The position numbers and the translations under genes are program-made. A stretch of DNA of 64,000 nt from positions 1 through 64,000 of IMG/VR virus record IMGVR_UViG_3300012665_000962. One strand, 5' to 3'. The stretch is from a virus. Lineage: Duplodnaviria > Caudoviricetes. How positions within the stretch are numbered: the stretch's first letter is position 1; every line of letters starts with the position of its first letter. Shown in pieces: positions 37,201 through 44,846 of this stretch. The notes below the pieces were generated by a model. The model had not been told where the DNA came from. It did no database searches and was given only the letters and a program-made list of their open reading frames with translations.

Positions 37201-39115
37201 CATCTCGAATACATTTGGCCTGATCATAGGTAAACCCGTTGAAGTCTACAACACTGTTTACAATAGATGTTTTGGCTGTAGAAATTGCCAACCTAGCATT
37301 TTGTAACGCGGTCGGTGCCCATGTCACACTTGGCAATGTTCTTGGTATGCTGGCCAATATTAAATTTGCTGCTGTTTGCGTCGTAGCATTAACAACATCG
37401 GCGGTAATTTGTACCAATGTCTGTATAGTAGTAGCATCACCAGAGCTGGCATTAGCGCCAGATAGTGTTTGTGTTAATGTATTTGGAGTTGAACCAGTGG
37501 TTGTTTTAATTACTGGCACACCTTGTACCACCTGTGCTATGATTGCTTTTAATCGCCCGTAGGCTGCTACAGTTTGTAATCTATGTGTTGGATCAATCCC
37601 AGGTGCGCCGTCAGCAAATCCGTAAAAGAAAAATTTAGCCTGATCGTATGTAGCCGAATTGCCGCCGTATAGTATGTCGTAACAAATAGCATCAATTGCG
37701 TACTTGACATCTCGTGTACACTTTGCTTCATCGTGATCGTGTAAAGGATATGTATCAGCCACCCACGCATTAACTTCAGCAGCTAGGAAATTTTTATTTG
37801 CTGTTAATTTATCCTTGGCAGCAATTTGACTAGCAGTAGCGGACGTTGGGTTTGTGAAAGTTACTATATCGGCCGAGGTTCTTCCATTGGTAGCAATGTC
37901 ACGAACTTCATTAAAAAACGAAGCTGCTCTAGTTGTAGCAGCAGTACTGGCAACAACTTCCGACAAAGCTGCTACTTCTAAGCCTGCTCGTCGAATAGTG
38001 TCTAATACAATAAAATCGTTGTCTAAAGAATTATACTCAGCTAATCCTAAAAAGACTGCGTTGTAATTTGTACCAAGAGCTACATCATATTGAACACCGT
38101 CTATTAGGTATCCAATGTCTCGAACGCATTTAGTAGCAGTATCTATTTGATCTTGAATCCAAGCAGTGACTTCGTATTGAAGATACGTTTTGTTTTCGGT
38201 TAACAATCGCACAGCTTCTGTGTAATCTTCTGTGCCTACTACGTTTTGTATAATATTTGAATTTATTCTTTCACGAATAAATCGGTGTGCTTCAACTTCT
38301 GCTTGGCCACTACCGTCAACTTGAAGGGTATCGCCGTCGTAATATAGTTTAACAACACGAGTAGTGTCTTCAGTGCCGTCATATCGTAGGTCATTTAAGT
38401 ATGCGTCAATAACAAAGCCAAAGTCTCTTTCGCATTTTTCTGCGCTGTATGTGTAATTTTCATACGTAGAAGCTTTATACTGAATAGCTGGTAAAGAGCT
38501 AAGACCGTTAGTTATTACATCAATGGTTAGTTGTGTTAATGCCGTGACCTTTGAAGCAACTTGAGATTCTGCCGAAGGGCCATTGGTATACTGAGGATAT
38601 GTTCCTTGAAATGACGAAGCTATTGTTCTAGTTAAAATGTAGTTGTTGATTAACGATCTTAAAAATGTGTATGCTGCGACTTCTGGAGTTCGTGGACCAT
38701 CAATTTGTGGTGCCGAACCAATCCAATAAAAACCTGCTATTCGTCTTGTCTCTTCGTTGCCACCATAACGCAAATCATGAATATAGGCATCAATGTTGTA
38801 TAGTGTGTCTCTTAGACACTTGGCGCTGTCATAGGTATACCCGACAAACGGAGCAATATTATTAGCAACTTGATATTGTATCCACGCAACAACTTCGTAT
38901 TGCATGTAGGTTCTGTTATTGGTTAGTAACCGAACTGCTTCTGGATAATATTGAAACGCAGTATCAACAATAACACGACGATTAATGAACCCTGACAGTT
39001 CCTTTTTTAAGTGTTCTCTATTTGCTAATATACTAGCATAGGCGTTTGGTTTTAAGTTACCTGAGTAACTCATCCCTGGTCTAAATACGTAATTATTAAT
39101 CTTTTTCTTTGCCAT
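31283..39115 (-). CDS. Giant virion structural protein, 2610 aa, with N-terminal helical C-x-R-D repeats and Ser/Thr/Gly-rich beta repeats
   Basis: Uninterrupted 7.8 kb ORF with internal repeats, among fibre genes. Confidence 0.8.
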   Translation of the reverse strand: MAKKKINNYVFRPGMSYSGNLKPNAYASILANREHLKKELSGFINRRVIVDTAFQYYPEAVRLLTNNRTYMQYEVVAWIQYQVANNIAPFVGYTYDSAKCLRDTLYNIDAYIHDLRYGGNEETRRIAGFYWIGSAPQIDGPRTPEVAAYTFLRSLINNYILTRTIASSFQGTYPQYTNGPSAESQVASKVTALTQLTIDVITNGLSSLPAIQYKASTYENYTYSAEKCERDFGFVIDAYLNDLRYDGTEDTTRVVKLYYDGDTLQVDGSGQAEVEAHRFIRERINSNIIQNVVGTEDYTEAVRLLTENKTYLQYEVTAWIQDQIDTATKCVRDIGYLIDGVQYDVALGTNYNAVFLGLAEYNSLDNDFIVLDTIRRAGLEVAALSEVVASTAATTRAASFFNEVRDIATNGRTSADIVTFTNPTSATASQIAAKDKLTANKNFLAAEVNAWVADTYPLHDHDEAKCTRDVKYAIDAICYDILYGGNSATYDQAKFFFYGFADGAPGIDPTHRLQTVAAYGRLKAIIAQVVQGVPVIKTTTGSTPNTLTQTLSGANASSGDATTIQTLVQITADVVNATTQTAANLILASIPRTLPSVTWAPTALQNARLAISTAKTSIVNSVVDFNGFTYDQAKCIRDAGYVIDAYIYDLQYNGNEETYRVTTKYYYGNEIQVDGDRYPEAYAHTFLRNTINNYILPRVAAPSFQNVYPQITTSPSAESGATSRITTLSNVLINLLLNGTGSLPAISYRTVPYQILTPQVVTTGATPETGAAAKIVELSNILLTLIPGGLSVLAAPTASTYGRLKIQGRYSSDDFLLITNTTTNKIIYNFSNNETGGTVEVEDFEDDDFVKFLQTTDGVTSIKLNYDTSSMSSNDDIQIFVENSEQIVRPYDFGTDAIERQRVAPPQSMLDADFEYGLQPTKWQAIAVARGYPSIYEIPGTDQDVLSISTDASAGTSGVGGSLITVTTNSAHGFSVGTPITVRGLTQAIASVSRAEGSFVITAVPTNRSFSYYAKARVGTANPTELTTTFAQVRQGGFYTGAEIGTPVFTVTSNGTSGTLSAALNIATSSNRIAFTGTAPELGAPITGSGIATGSQVTSILGTGGVVVTPLLTTDYPIGTTVVTVSSTSSIQVGFGVSDGAGTATFVTEINGLDLTLSRPLAANIKGNTVTYSGISGTNVVGSGSSASFDVTRDNTTTYASVVLNTPGTGYAVGDTFKILGTALGGASTANDLYLNVEAIGGGGSIVGVAIVEGVANPVANQTVTGVDSSVYTTSAAGTGAVFQVTRAGGAYTAGVTTAGSNYSNGETFTVPGTVFTFGASPANNVTITVSTVANSYTSIIQDSTTGAGSAAVFSISRDGTTYSVTLTNPGSGYINSEALTIFGTQLGGASPANDLTITIGSTTITGGISTFTTSGTASNISGAITEVGVTGTGAFQITYTNVPVTNVQALGTSAEFTVTRSGGAYSAITVSNGGTNYRAGNKILLSGASLGGATPANDVEITVGTVLTGAIVDPVTIGTHTASAGFTFALYSSITVSEFTTAVIPQSTSLAFAALATIRVDFLAAHGIPPGGAFIVVPTSDNGINNHTLAGGSYTATSIPTATSLSYQARAAGTISGTITGRIYARPDSFFTHRPFDGGVQLGTGGPQHGVQAVRQSKKYIRYQSGKGIMYTTGALFAPSYDIQNIVAEGVEVGSVITITLDENDHGFQTGAKVRITGVVTPGYDSNTEYYPDEDYTVTEVVSERVFRVTALRRLGSKIPTLGFSCQVSTLNWKGAVVRAGAFDDQNGMFWEYNGDELAVVQRSSTKQLAGTITAVPGSNTIVGTNSRFLDQLKAGDFVVVKGMTHVITTVASDTSITVNPDFRGVSTVTGSKICLVTDKRVPQREFNRDRLDGTGPSGYKVDITKMQMIGIQYTWYGAGFIDFMLRGSDGNFVFAHRMRNSNVNSEAFMRTGNLPVRYEVANYGAVSRLTSDISSTVTTVPLESTEFFPDSGVVYVDNELISYTGKTSTSLTGAVRSSQLSNFQSGALRSYRAGIATSHTQKTGVILLTNTTTPLISHWGSAFLTDGRFDEDRGYLFSYTSTGNSISTTKRTVFLIRLAPSVSNAVVGDLGERELLNRAQLLLNEISIASDTGTGGIVVEGVLNPQNYPLNPGDITWGRLSGLAQGGQPSFAQIAPGGSVNWAGGGSYTFTTATALNTVTGNATVPTGAAFNRGSGTSIAYVTRTSWDSIGAVVGQTVSDAKFPSGTTVTNRAFSPTPTATTLPQLSSSTQRVFNVNSGSFVLYYYQASWATLQGSTIATDIFTNDTSLFVDGTYVTAVSGPTGGYYTVSFSTATLRFSNNNEFNSFRFAGNRAIGNTIHFFQQASWAALPVDIIAGQTTNDGKFGGGTQISSVSALRTFAGTSYYAVTFNAGNTALVSASGTVTFNTTLYYTLSFSRASTSAVNNTNNITFSLAQSTANTSTIYFTQASWEASGASSNTEIATTETKFPAGTRVQSVSTLQTFASTTYYTVTFTQTTNAVIAGGNTVQFQFGLPPFALPGETIFSFITNPGSTDALSLSSLKELTTTALGGRGTFPNGPDVLAINVYKVSGTAVPANIILRWSEAQA

Positions 39116-39124
39116 GTTTCTCTC

Positions 39125-39676
39125 TTAGGCTCCAAATGCTACCGCAAAAGCGATAACTGAGTTGTCTACATAATCTTTTCTTACTGCTTGTGCTGCTGAT
39201 GTTGGTATTGGTACTAATAGTCCGTCGACAAATGTCATAATTCCATTAACTTCTGCGCCTGACGCAGATATTTCGGCATTGTCCATATTTAAACCGGCTG
39301 GGCTAACACCGTTACTTACCAAATTTACTTGATATGCGGACACAGTCCCGGGAACTATTGAACCAATGTTTACATTATCAACTGTACCAACTGTTTGGCT
39401 GTTGATAACCACTCGACCTGATACAATTGATATTCTGTTTACATTGCTGCTTTTAAGATATACATCACCATTAACCTGTAATTGTGTTAGTGTACCTAGT
39501 GTTCTTAGACTGCTGTTTACTACAATGCTGTTTAAGGCCGTGCCGCCTGATGAAAACAATGAGCCAGAACCACTGAGAATAAAATCGTTGGCAATTAGAT
39601 TCCCTTGATCGTCAACAGAAAATCCTGGGCTTTGATACCCAAAATCACTTTTTAATGCTTTTTGTCCTACAGTCAT
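39125..39676 (-). CDS. Hypothetical structural (fibre-like) protein, 183 aa
   Basis: SSLRTLGTLTQLQV and AVRKDYVD fibre-type motifs. Confidence 0.65.
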   Translation of the reverse strand: MTVGQKALKSDFGYQSPGFSVDDQGNLIANDFILSGSGSLFSSGGTALNSIVVNSSLRTLGTLTQLQVNGDVYLKSSNVNRISIVSGRVVINSQTVGTVDNVNIGSIVPGTVSAYQVNLVSNGVSPAGLNMDNAEISASGAEVNGIMTFVDGLLVPIPTSAAQAVRKDYVDNSVIAFAVAFGA

Positions 39677-39689
39677 AATTTATCCAGAG

Positions 39690-39697
39690 TATTTATA
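39690..39697 (-). promoter_or_regulatory. Late promoter TATAAATA overlapping upstream stop
   Basis: Exact T4 late consensus on the minus strand. Confidence 0.7.
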
Positions 39698-41258
39698 GCC
39701 TGCCCACTACCACTTCTATAACACCGTCACTGCCGTTAAAGTCTTCTAAAGACTTTCCAATAATTGTACCAATTTTAGGGTCTTGTGTTGGTCTTGCGTA
39801 GCCGTTGCCGCCGCTGACTAACATGTCTCCCTTTTTAATATTTCCACGAACTTTACAAGGAACACGACCTTGAAGTGCTATGGCAACAACATTATTTCCA
39901 ATCAATTTACTATTCATTAAATGTGCTGGGCTAGTAGATACTACTCCGGCTACTCGTCGTGTTTCGTCTGTGGCTTCAGTTACTTCATATTTGCCACCAA
40001 ATTCTAACACAGTCCCAGGGGCATAGTTAAAATCTGCTTGATAATTTTCTGCCAAGTCCGCCCATTGTGCTGCTGTAGCGGTTACAGTTAACACATTTGT
40101 AGCAGTGTTTAATGTAACAGCAGTGTCGGCATATAAAGATTGGCCTGACACTGAATCAACTCCGGTCGATACTACTAACGGAAATATTCCTGTTGTAATT
40201 TCTTGAACAAGTACGGATGTTGCTGTGCCGCCGCCACTACCTCCACTGCCGCCAGTAGATGAAAATGTGATAGTATCAGCAGCAGCATTGGTAGATATTG
40301 TCATTCCGCTGCCGGCCACTAATGTTAATGTATCAGAGGGGGTGTCAGCAACTACGTTTGATTGGCCAAGAACAGCTACAGTTGTGAATGAATTCGATGT
40401 TGGTGTACTGCCACCGCCACCACTAGACCCGCTACCAGTTCCACTGCCTGTATTTGTAATTACTATCGAATCAGTTAGTGGATCAGTGGCTATGCTAATG
40501 CCAGTTCCTGCCACTAATGTAACTGTGTCGTTTGGTGTTTCGGCAACAACGTTGCTCTCTCCAGCTACTGCTAGTCTAGAAAAGAAATTTATTGCTGAGC
40601 CACCAATAGTAGAACCAGCCGGTAATTCAATAGCGTTTGTTCCAGTGCTAGATATAACAGCACCGTTTAACACTATAGAATTTTGTAGATACAAGTCATT
40701 CCAATTATTTGCTAAAGACCCTAAATTTACAGATCCAGCAGTTGAAGGAACAATGTCTTGTGTAACTGATCCTAAATCTACACTCGATCCGCCACCGCCA
40801 CCAGTTCCTGGCGTTGAAGGCACTGTCGAAGGAACTAAAAATGTTGGAGTAGCTGGCCGTTCAATTTCGTTTAATACGCCTGAATAGTTTGCTTTATAAA
40901 TTGCTTTCATTCCACGATATTCTGGAATTTTAGGAGATAGTTTTAAACTAAGATAACTGTTGTTAACACTAACTGAAATATCAACAAGCTCGTCGTCAAT
41001 AGCAACTCGGCCAATAATAGAATAGTTTGCGTAATCTGGTCTAGCTACTACTAATACTTGTAAAGTTTCTTTTTTATTTGAATTAAACTCGATAGAGAGT
41101 TGATAGCTCGCACTGGCAAAATCACCGACATACCATCTGTCAATTTCAGTATCATCGAAAATCTGTATCCACGGACCTTTGTGAAGAAAATTAACCCCAT
41201 TTTTTACTTGTAGGGTGTTTTTTACATTAGGTACAAAATACTTGTTAAAGGTTGTCAT
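39693..41258 (-). CDS. Tail fibre-like protein with C-terminal intramolecular chaperone/peptidase G2-like domain, 521 aa
   Basis: WADLAENY...GTVLEFGG, VAGVVST.PA.LMN, ALQGRVPCKV, GTIIGKSLE; two internal ~45-aa repeats. Confidence 0.7.
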   Translation of the reverse strand: MTTFNKYFVPNVKNTLQVKNGVNFLHKGPWIQIFDDTEIDRWYVGDFASASYQLSIEFNSNKKETLQVLVVARPDYANYSIIGRVAIDDELVDISVSVNNSYLSLKLSPKIPEYRGMKAIYKANYSGVLNEIERPATPTFLVPSTVPSTPGTGGGGGSSVDLGSVTQDIVPSTAGSVNLGSLANNWNDLYLQNSIVLNGAVISSTGTNAIELPAGSTIGGSAINFFSRLAVAGESNVVAETPNDTVTLVAGTGISIATDPLTDSIVITNTGSGTGSGSSGGGGSTPTSNSFTTVAVLGQSNVVADTPSDTLTLVAGSGMTISTNAAADTITFSSTGGSGGSGGGTATSVLVQEITTGIFPLVVSTGVDSVSGQSLYADTAVTLNTATNVLTVTATAAQWADLAENYQADFNYAPGTVLEFGGKYEVTEATDETRRVAGVVSTSPAHLMNSKLIGNNVVAIALQGRVPCKVRGNIKKGDMLVSGGNGYARPTQDPKIGTIIGKSLEDFNGSDGVIEVVVGRL

Positions 41259-41279
41259 AGCTCGCTCGAAGTTATTATG

Positions 41280-41285
41280 TATTTA
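41280..41285 (-). promoter_or_regulatory. Late promoter-like TAAATA
   Basis: minus gtTAAATA, 21 nt upstream of ATG 41258, just after a terminator. Confidence 0.55.
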
Positions 41286-41303
41286 ACAGATTTTGAATAT
41301 AAT

Positions 41304-41325
41304 AAAAAACCCCCTTGCGGGGGTG
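41304..41325 (-). terminator. Intrinsic terminator with GCAA tetraloop after the carbamoyltransferase
   Basis: minus ACCCCC-GCAA-GGGGGT-TTTTT. Confidence 0.85.
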
Positions 41326-41328
41326 TTT

Positions 41329-43158
41329 TTAGCTGTTTTCTATTTTTATTAGCTTGCCATATTCGGGCAAATACAAATATTCAATATCACTGCGCATGAG
41401 CGTATCTATAGCATCGTCTAGAGTTTCGACTAACGGGTCGCCGCCCAAATTAAAGCTGGTATTAAACAAAATAGGAATTCCTGTTTCATCTTTAAACGCT
41501 TTAATTAAATCATAATAGTGTTTATTTTGCTCAGGGTTAACTGTTTGGATACGACAAGTATGATCTTCGTGAATAATACTTGGAATTTTTTCTTCAATTC
41601 CGGGCTGACAATTTACAGCATACATCATGTGTGGGCTATTTTTCATACCACGCAAATCAAACCACTCGTGTACATCCTCTTCTAAAATACTGCCCGCAAA
41701 CGGACGGAAGTATTCGCGATGTTTTACTTGATTTACATAATCTTTTCCATCTGGAAATGTAGGATCAAACAGCACACTACGATTGCCCAATGCTCTTGGA
41801 CCGTTTTCTGAACGCCCCTGGAATATTGTAACAATATTCTTTTCACGTAAGAGCTTAACAACATCTTTGTGTGTGGCATCAGTCAGCTGGCCGCTGGCAA
41901 ATTTAACTTTTTCTTCAATTTCAGTTTGCGTGTACGTATGAACTGGGCCAAGATATAATGTATCAAGTTTTTGGATTGTGTTGTTATCATCTAGAGCATG
42001 CCAGAACATCAATGCTGCTCCCATGGCTGTACCAGCATCGTTTGAAATTGGTTCTACATAAATTTCAATGCCTTCTTTTTTAAGATGTTCCAAATAATAA
42101 TAATTGGCTACACAATTTAAACCATACCCGCCGCTGATTACTACACGCTTTTTGCCGCTCATTTCAACAGCTTTTCGAATCAAGGTTAACACCTGTTCTT
42201 GTGTTTCAGTCTGTACAGCATAGGCCATGTCTCTACGATTTTGTAAAGTAGTAACATCAGTTTTTTCATCTTCTGGATTTTCATTTAAAAAATCAAAAAG
42301 ATTTGCGTTAACTGTTGAACTTGACGGATACATCGGAACAATCAAGTTTCTGTTTGACACAGGAAACTTTGAGTTAGATTCAAATAACTTAGGTATCTTG
42401 TCGTTGGGCTTACCGTATGGGAATAATCCCATAGTTTTTCCTGCTTCGATTGCTGTGAACCCGCAATACTCAGTAACACCTTCGTAGGTTTTAACAATGC
42501 CAGCTCTGTCAGTAACCCATGCTTGGTGAAATTCTCCAGCTTCGCCAAATTGCTCAGACGAAAGTTTGTCATAATATTGCGCTGGAATTCCTTCGCGGAC
42601 TCCGTAATGTTTATACAAAGTAGTAAACTGCGAAGGATACGAACAATTAATAATCGACTCTACTTCATAACTCCATATTTGTTGATTGTCATAGGACAAT
42701 GGAATAAATGTTCCAGCGCCGTCAACAATCAACGCAACCGCTTCTTCCCATCCTGAACGATAAAATGCGCAGGCAGCGTGTAGTTTGTGATGTAAGAAAC
42801 TAAGATCAATAACCTGCGGGTGATTATACAAATTAGCTTTACGATCAATCAAACCCATTTTACGAGCAAGGCCTGTATATACATCGTCACCGGTATAGTC
42901 AACTCGACCGGCAGTATCGTTTAATTTTTGTGTATGAGCAATTACTAGATAATCTAATTTATTAGTATACTCTAAAATTTTCATTATAGAAGCATAGGGA
43001 CCACCGTCGTACTTGTGACGTGTTAGTCTTTCTTCTTCTATAGAAAATACAATTTCTCCGTCTTTTAATAAACACACCCCAGAATTGTGGCCACGTGCTA
43101 TGGCTGCTATCCAGCCTGTTTTTAATTTAGGAGTTAAGTCTTGTTGTTCACTATTCAT
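41329..43158 (-). CDS. O-carbamoyltransferase, NodU/CmcH/TobZ family, 609 aa
   Basis: HNSG..L, EEERLTR.K, HH..HA, DGAG, AGKTMGL.PYG, SGG..LNC.AN, DAG.A.GAA, E.GPRALGNRS, K.RE.FRPFA, NTSFN. Confidence 0.92.
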   Translation of the reverse strand: MNSEQQDLTPKLKTGWIAAIARGHNSGVCLLKDGEIVFSIEEERLTRHKYDGGPYASIMKILEYTNKLDYLVIAHTQKLNDTAGRVDYTGDDVYTGLARKMGLIDRKANLYNHPQVIDLSFLHHKLHAACAFYRSGWEEAVALIVDGAGTFIPLSYDNQQIWSYEVESIINCSYPSQFTTLYKHYGVREGIPAQYYDKLSSEQFGEAGEFHQAWVTDRAGIVKTYEGVTEYCGFTAIEAGKTMGLFPYGKPNDKIPKLFESNSKFPVSNRNLIVPMYPSSSTVNANLFDFLNENPEDEKTDVTTLQNRRDMAYAVQTETQEQVLTLIRKAVEMSGKKRVVISGGYGLNCVANYYYLEHLKKEGIEIYVEPISNDAGTAMGAALMFWHALDDNNTIQKLDTLYLGPVHTYTQTEIEEKVKFASGQLTDATHKDVVKLLREKNIVTIFQGRSENGPRALGNRSVLFDPTFPDGKDYVNQVKHREYFRPFAGSILEEDVHEWFDLRGMKNSPHMMYAVNCQPGIEEKIPSIIHEDHTCRIQTVNPEQNKHYYDLIKAFKDETGIPILFNTSFNLGGDPLVETLDDAIDTLMRSDIEYLYLPEYGKLIKIENS

Positions 43159-44099
43159 TTTTTATGTTTTCCTATAACGGCGTCGACTACATAGTCGACA
43201 ATTTCGGGAGTCATTGTCATAAGACTTTCGTGTTTTCTATCAATGCGTTCGTCCATGGTAATTCTAATAGGACTGTATTCTCGTAATTCTTCGCCCATGT
43301 CTAAAATATTAAAGGTTTTAGCATTTGGATAAGAAACGTTTATTGGGTATGTAGACCCAAATACAACCGTAGACTGCTTGTCCATGGCATAGGCAAGATG
43401 CTGCCCTAAGCTGTCGCAGCCTAAAAAATGATCAGCGTATTTTATTACAGCAGCCCATTGTCTAATTCCTACATTTTCTGGGAAAGCAATTTCGTCTTTG
43501 ATATTTTTTTCTTGGGTTAAATCAAGTTTTATTTCGCTCATCATTATCACAGCAAAACCTTTTTCTTGAAGTTTTTGAATTATTTTTTTAACATCTTTAT
43601 ATTCAATACTTCTAGAAGTTCTATCTACAAAAGATTCGTCGAGATATTCAATGCCGCGGCCAAATGGCTGAAACACTATTACTTTTTCTTTTTTTAGTTT
43701 CTTTTTAACTTCGCTGATTAACTGACGGCCAGCAATTAATTCATCTTTGCTTAGGCGTAATGTAGGCTTTGGCAGTTCTCTAACACCTTGTTTATTGATT
43801 TCAATATCAATTGCTTGAGCAATACTACATTTTTGATTGTAATATTCCCAAACACGATAAGGTTCTATGGTGTAGATATCTTTGTCTTTGAGTTTTTCTA
43901 CAAAAAGATTTTTGTGCCAAACATCATATGTCCTAGAATCTAAGGTCGGATGACCTTTGAATACATCCGTGCCGCCTTCGCAGACTATGATAAAATCTTT
44001 ATCACCGGATTCTTGTTCATATTTTTCAAATGCGGGTACTGAACATAACATACGGCCCGCACCGCCGTTGATAAAAAATGCTTTAGAGCGTTTCTCCAT
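43155..44099 (-). CDS. GT9-like (ADP-heptose heptosyltransferase-like) GT-B glycosyltransferase, 314 aa
   Basis: GGAGRMLCSVPA resembles GT9 G.GD....P; AAVIKYADHFLGCDSLGQHLAYA...STVVFGST resembles GT9 DSG..H.A.A......LFG.T. Confidence 0.6.
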   Translation of the reverse strand: MEKRSKAFFINGGAGRMLCSVPAFEKYEQESGDKDFIIVCEGGTDVFKGHPTLDSRTYDVWHKNLFVEKLKDKDIYTIEPYRVWEYYNQKCSIAQAIDIEINKQGVRELPKPTLRLSKDELIAGRQLISEVKKKLKKEKVIVFQPFGRGIEYLDESFVDRTSRSIEYKDVKKIIQKLQEKGFAVIMMSEIKLDLTQEKNIKDEIAFPENVGIRQWAAVIKYADHFLGCDSLGQHLAYAMDKQSTVVFGSTYPINVSYPNAKTFNILDMGEELREYSPIRITMDERIDRKHESLMTMTPEIVDYVVDAVIGKHKK

Positions 44100-44115
44100 T
44101 TATACTCCAAGAAAA

Positions 44116-44161
44116 TAGGTTCTGTGTTACTATGTATCAAACAATAATAACACAGAACCTA
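44116..44161 (-). terminator. Perfect 14-bp inverted repeat with a TACATA promoter-like motif in the loop
   Basis: TAGGTTCTGTGTTA-18 nt-TAACACAGAACCTA followed by TTTTCTT on the minus strand; TACATA at 44131-44136. Confidence 0.65.
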
Positions 44162-44179
44162 ATCTTGGTTCAAGTATTT

Positions 44180-44824
44180 TTAATAATAATTTGGCAAATC
44201 GCTTGGGAAAGGAATTTTCCAGTGATCAACATCTGCGTATGTTGTTTCAATATTTTTTAAAAAATCCAAATGATCTTCTAATTTTTGAACATCTTCTTCT
44301 GTGTAAAGATTTTCAACTTTATTTGCGATAGCATTTTCGATAGCAGGTATTACATTTTGCATACTAGCAAAAAAACTTGTTCTAGAGTTAGCGTGTTCAC
44401 GGAATCTTGGGCCTACATAATTTCCGTCTATGTACTTTAGATCATTGACCCAACGGCACTGTCCTAACGCACCTTGCTTTTCATCATAGTGATATGTATA
44501 TGTACCGCCAGGAACTTCTTCTTCGTAGTCCGGAATTACCTGAGCATACTGATAATCGTTAGTCAAATATGCTGCTTGATATGTGTGTACATCGGCATCT
44601 AACTTAACAAAAGTAGTAGCTGGATCATCGTCAACTAACGCTTCAAAATTTAATTCTGCTTCAGTATCAGCACGTTTAGCAACGTATTTGATCTCGCCGG
44701 TAGCATCAATTACGCACAGGGCAAGATATCTTGGACCAGTATAAACAGCAGTCACTGTGTTATTGTTAACAGTGGTAGTTTTATATGGTTCATCTGGTAA
44801 TAAAAAAGTAAATGCTTTTCTCAT
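44180..44824 (-). CDS. Hypothetical protein downstream of the Cys-rich triplet, 214 aa
   Basis: ORF with GAGG SD and its own TAAATA; ends WKIPFP. Confidence 0.7.
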   Translation of the reverse strand: MRKAFTFLLPDEPYKTTTVNNNTVTAVYTGPRYLALCVIDATGEIKYVAKRADTEAELNFEALVDDDPATTFVKLDADVHTYQAAYLTNDYQYAQVIPDYEEEVPGGTYTYHYDEKQGALGQCRWVNDLKYIDGNYVGPRFREHANSRTSFFASMQNVIPAIENAIANKVENLYTEEDVQKLEDHLDFLKNIETTYADVDHWKIPFPSDLPNYY

Positions 44825-44840
44825 AATTATCCTCTAAATC

Positions 44841-44846
44841 TATTTA
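44841..44846 (-). promoter_or_regulatory. Late promoter-like TAAATA
   Basis: minus tgaTAAATAgatttaGAGGataattATG. Confidence 0.6.
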
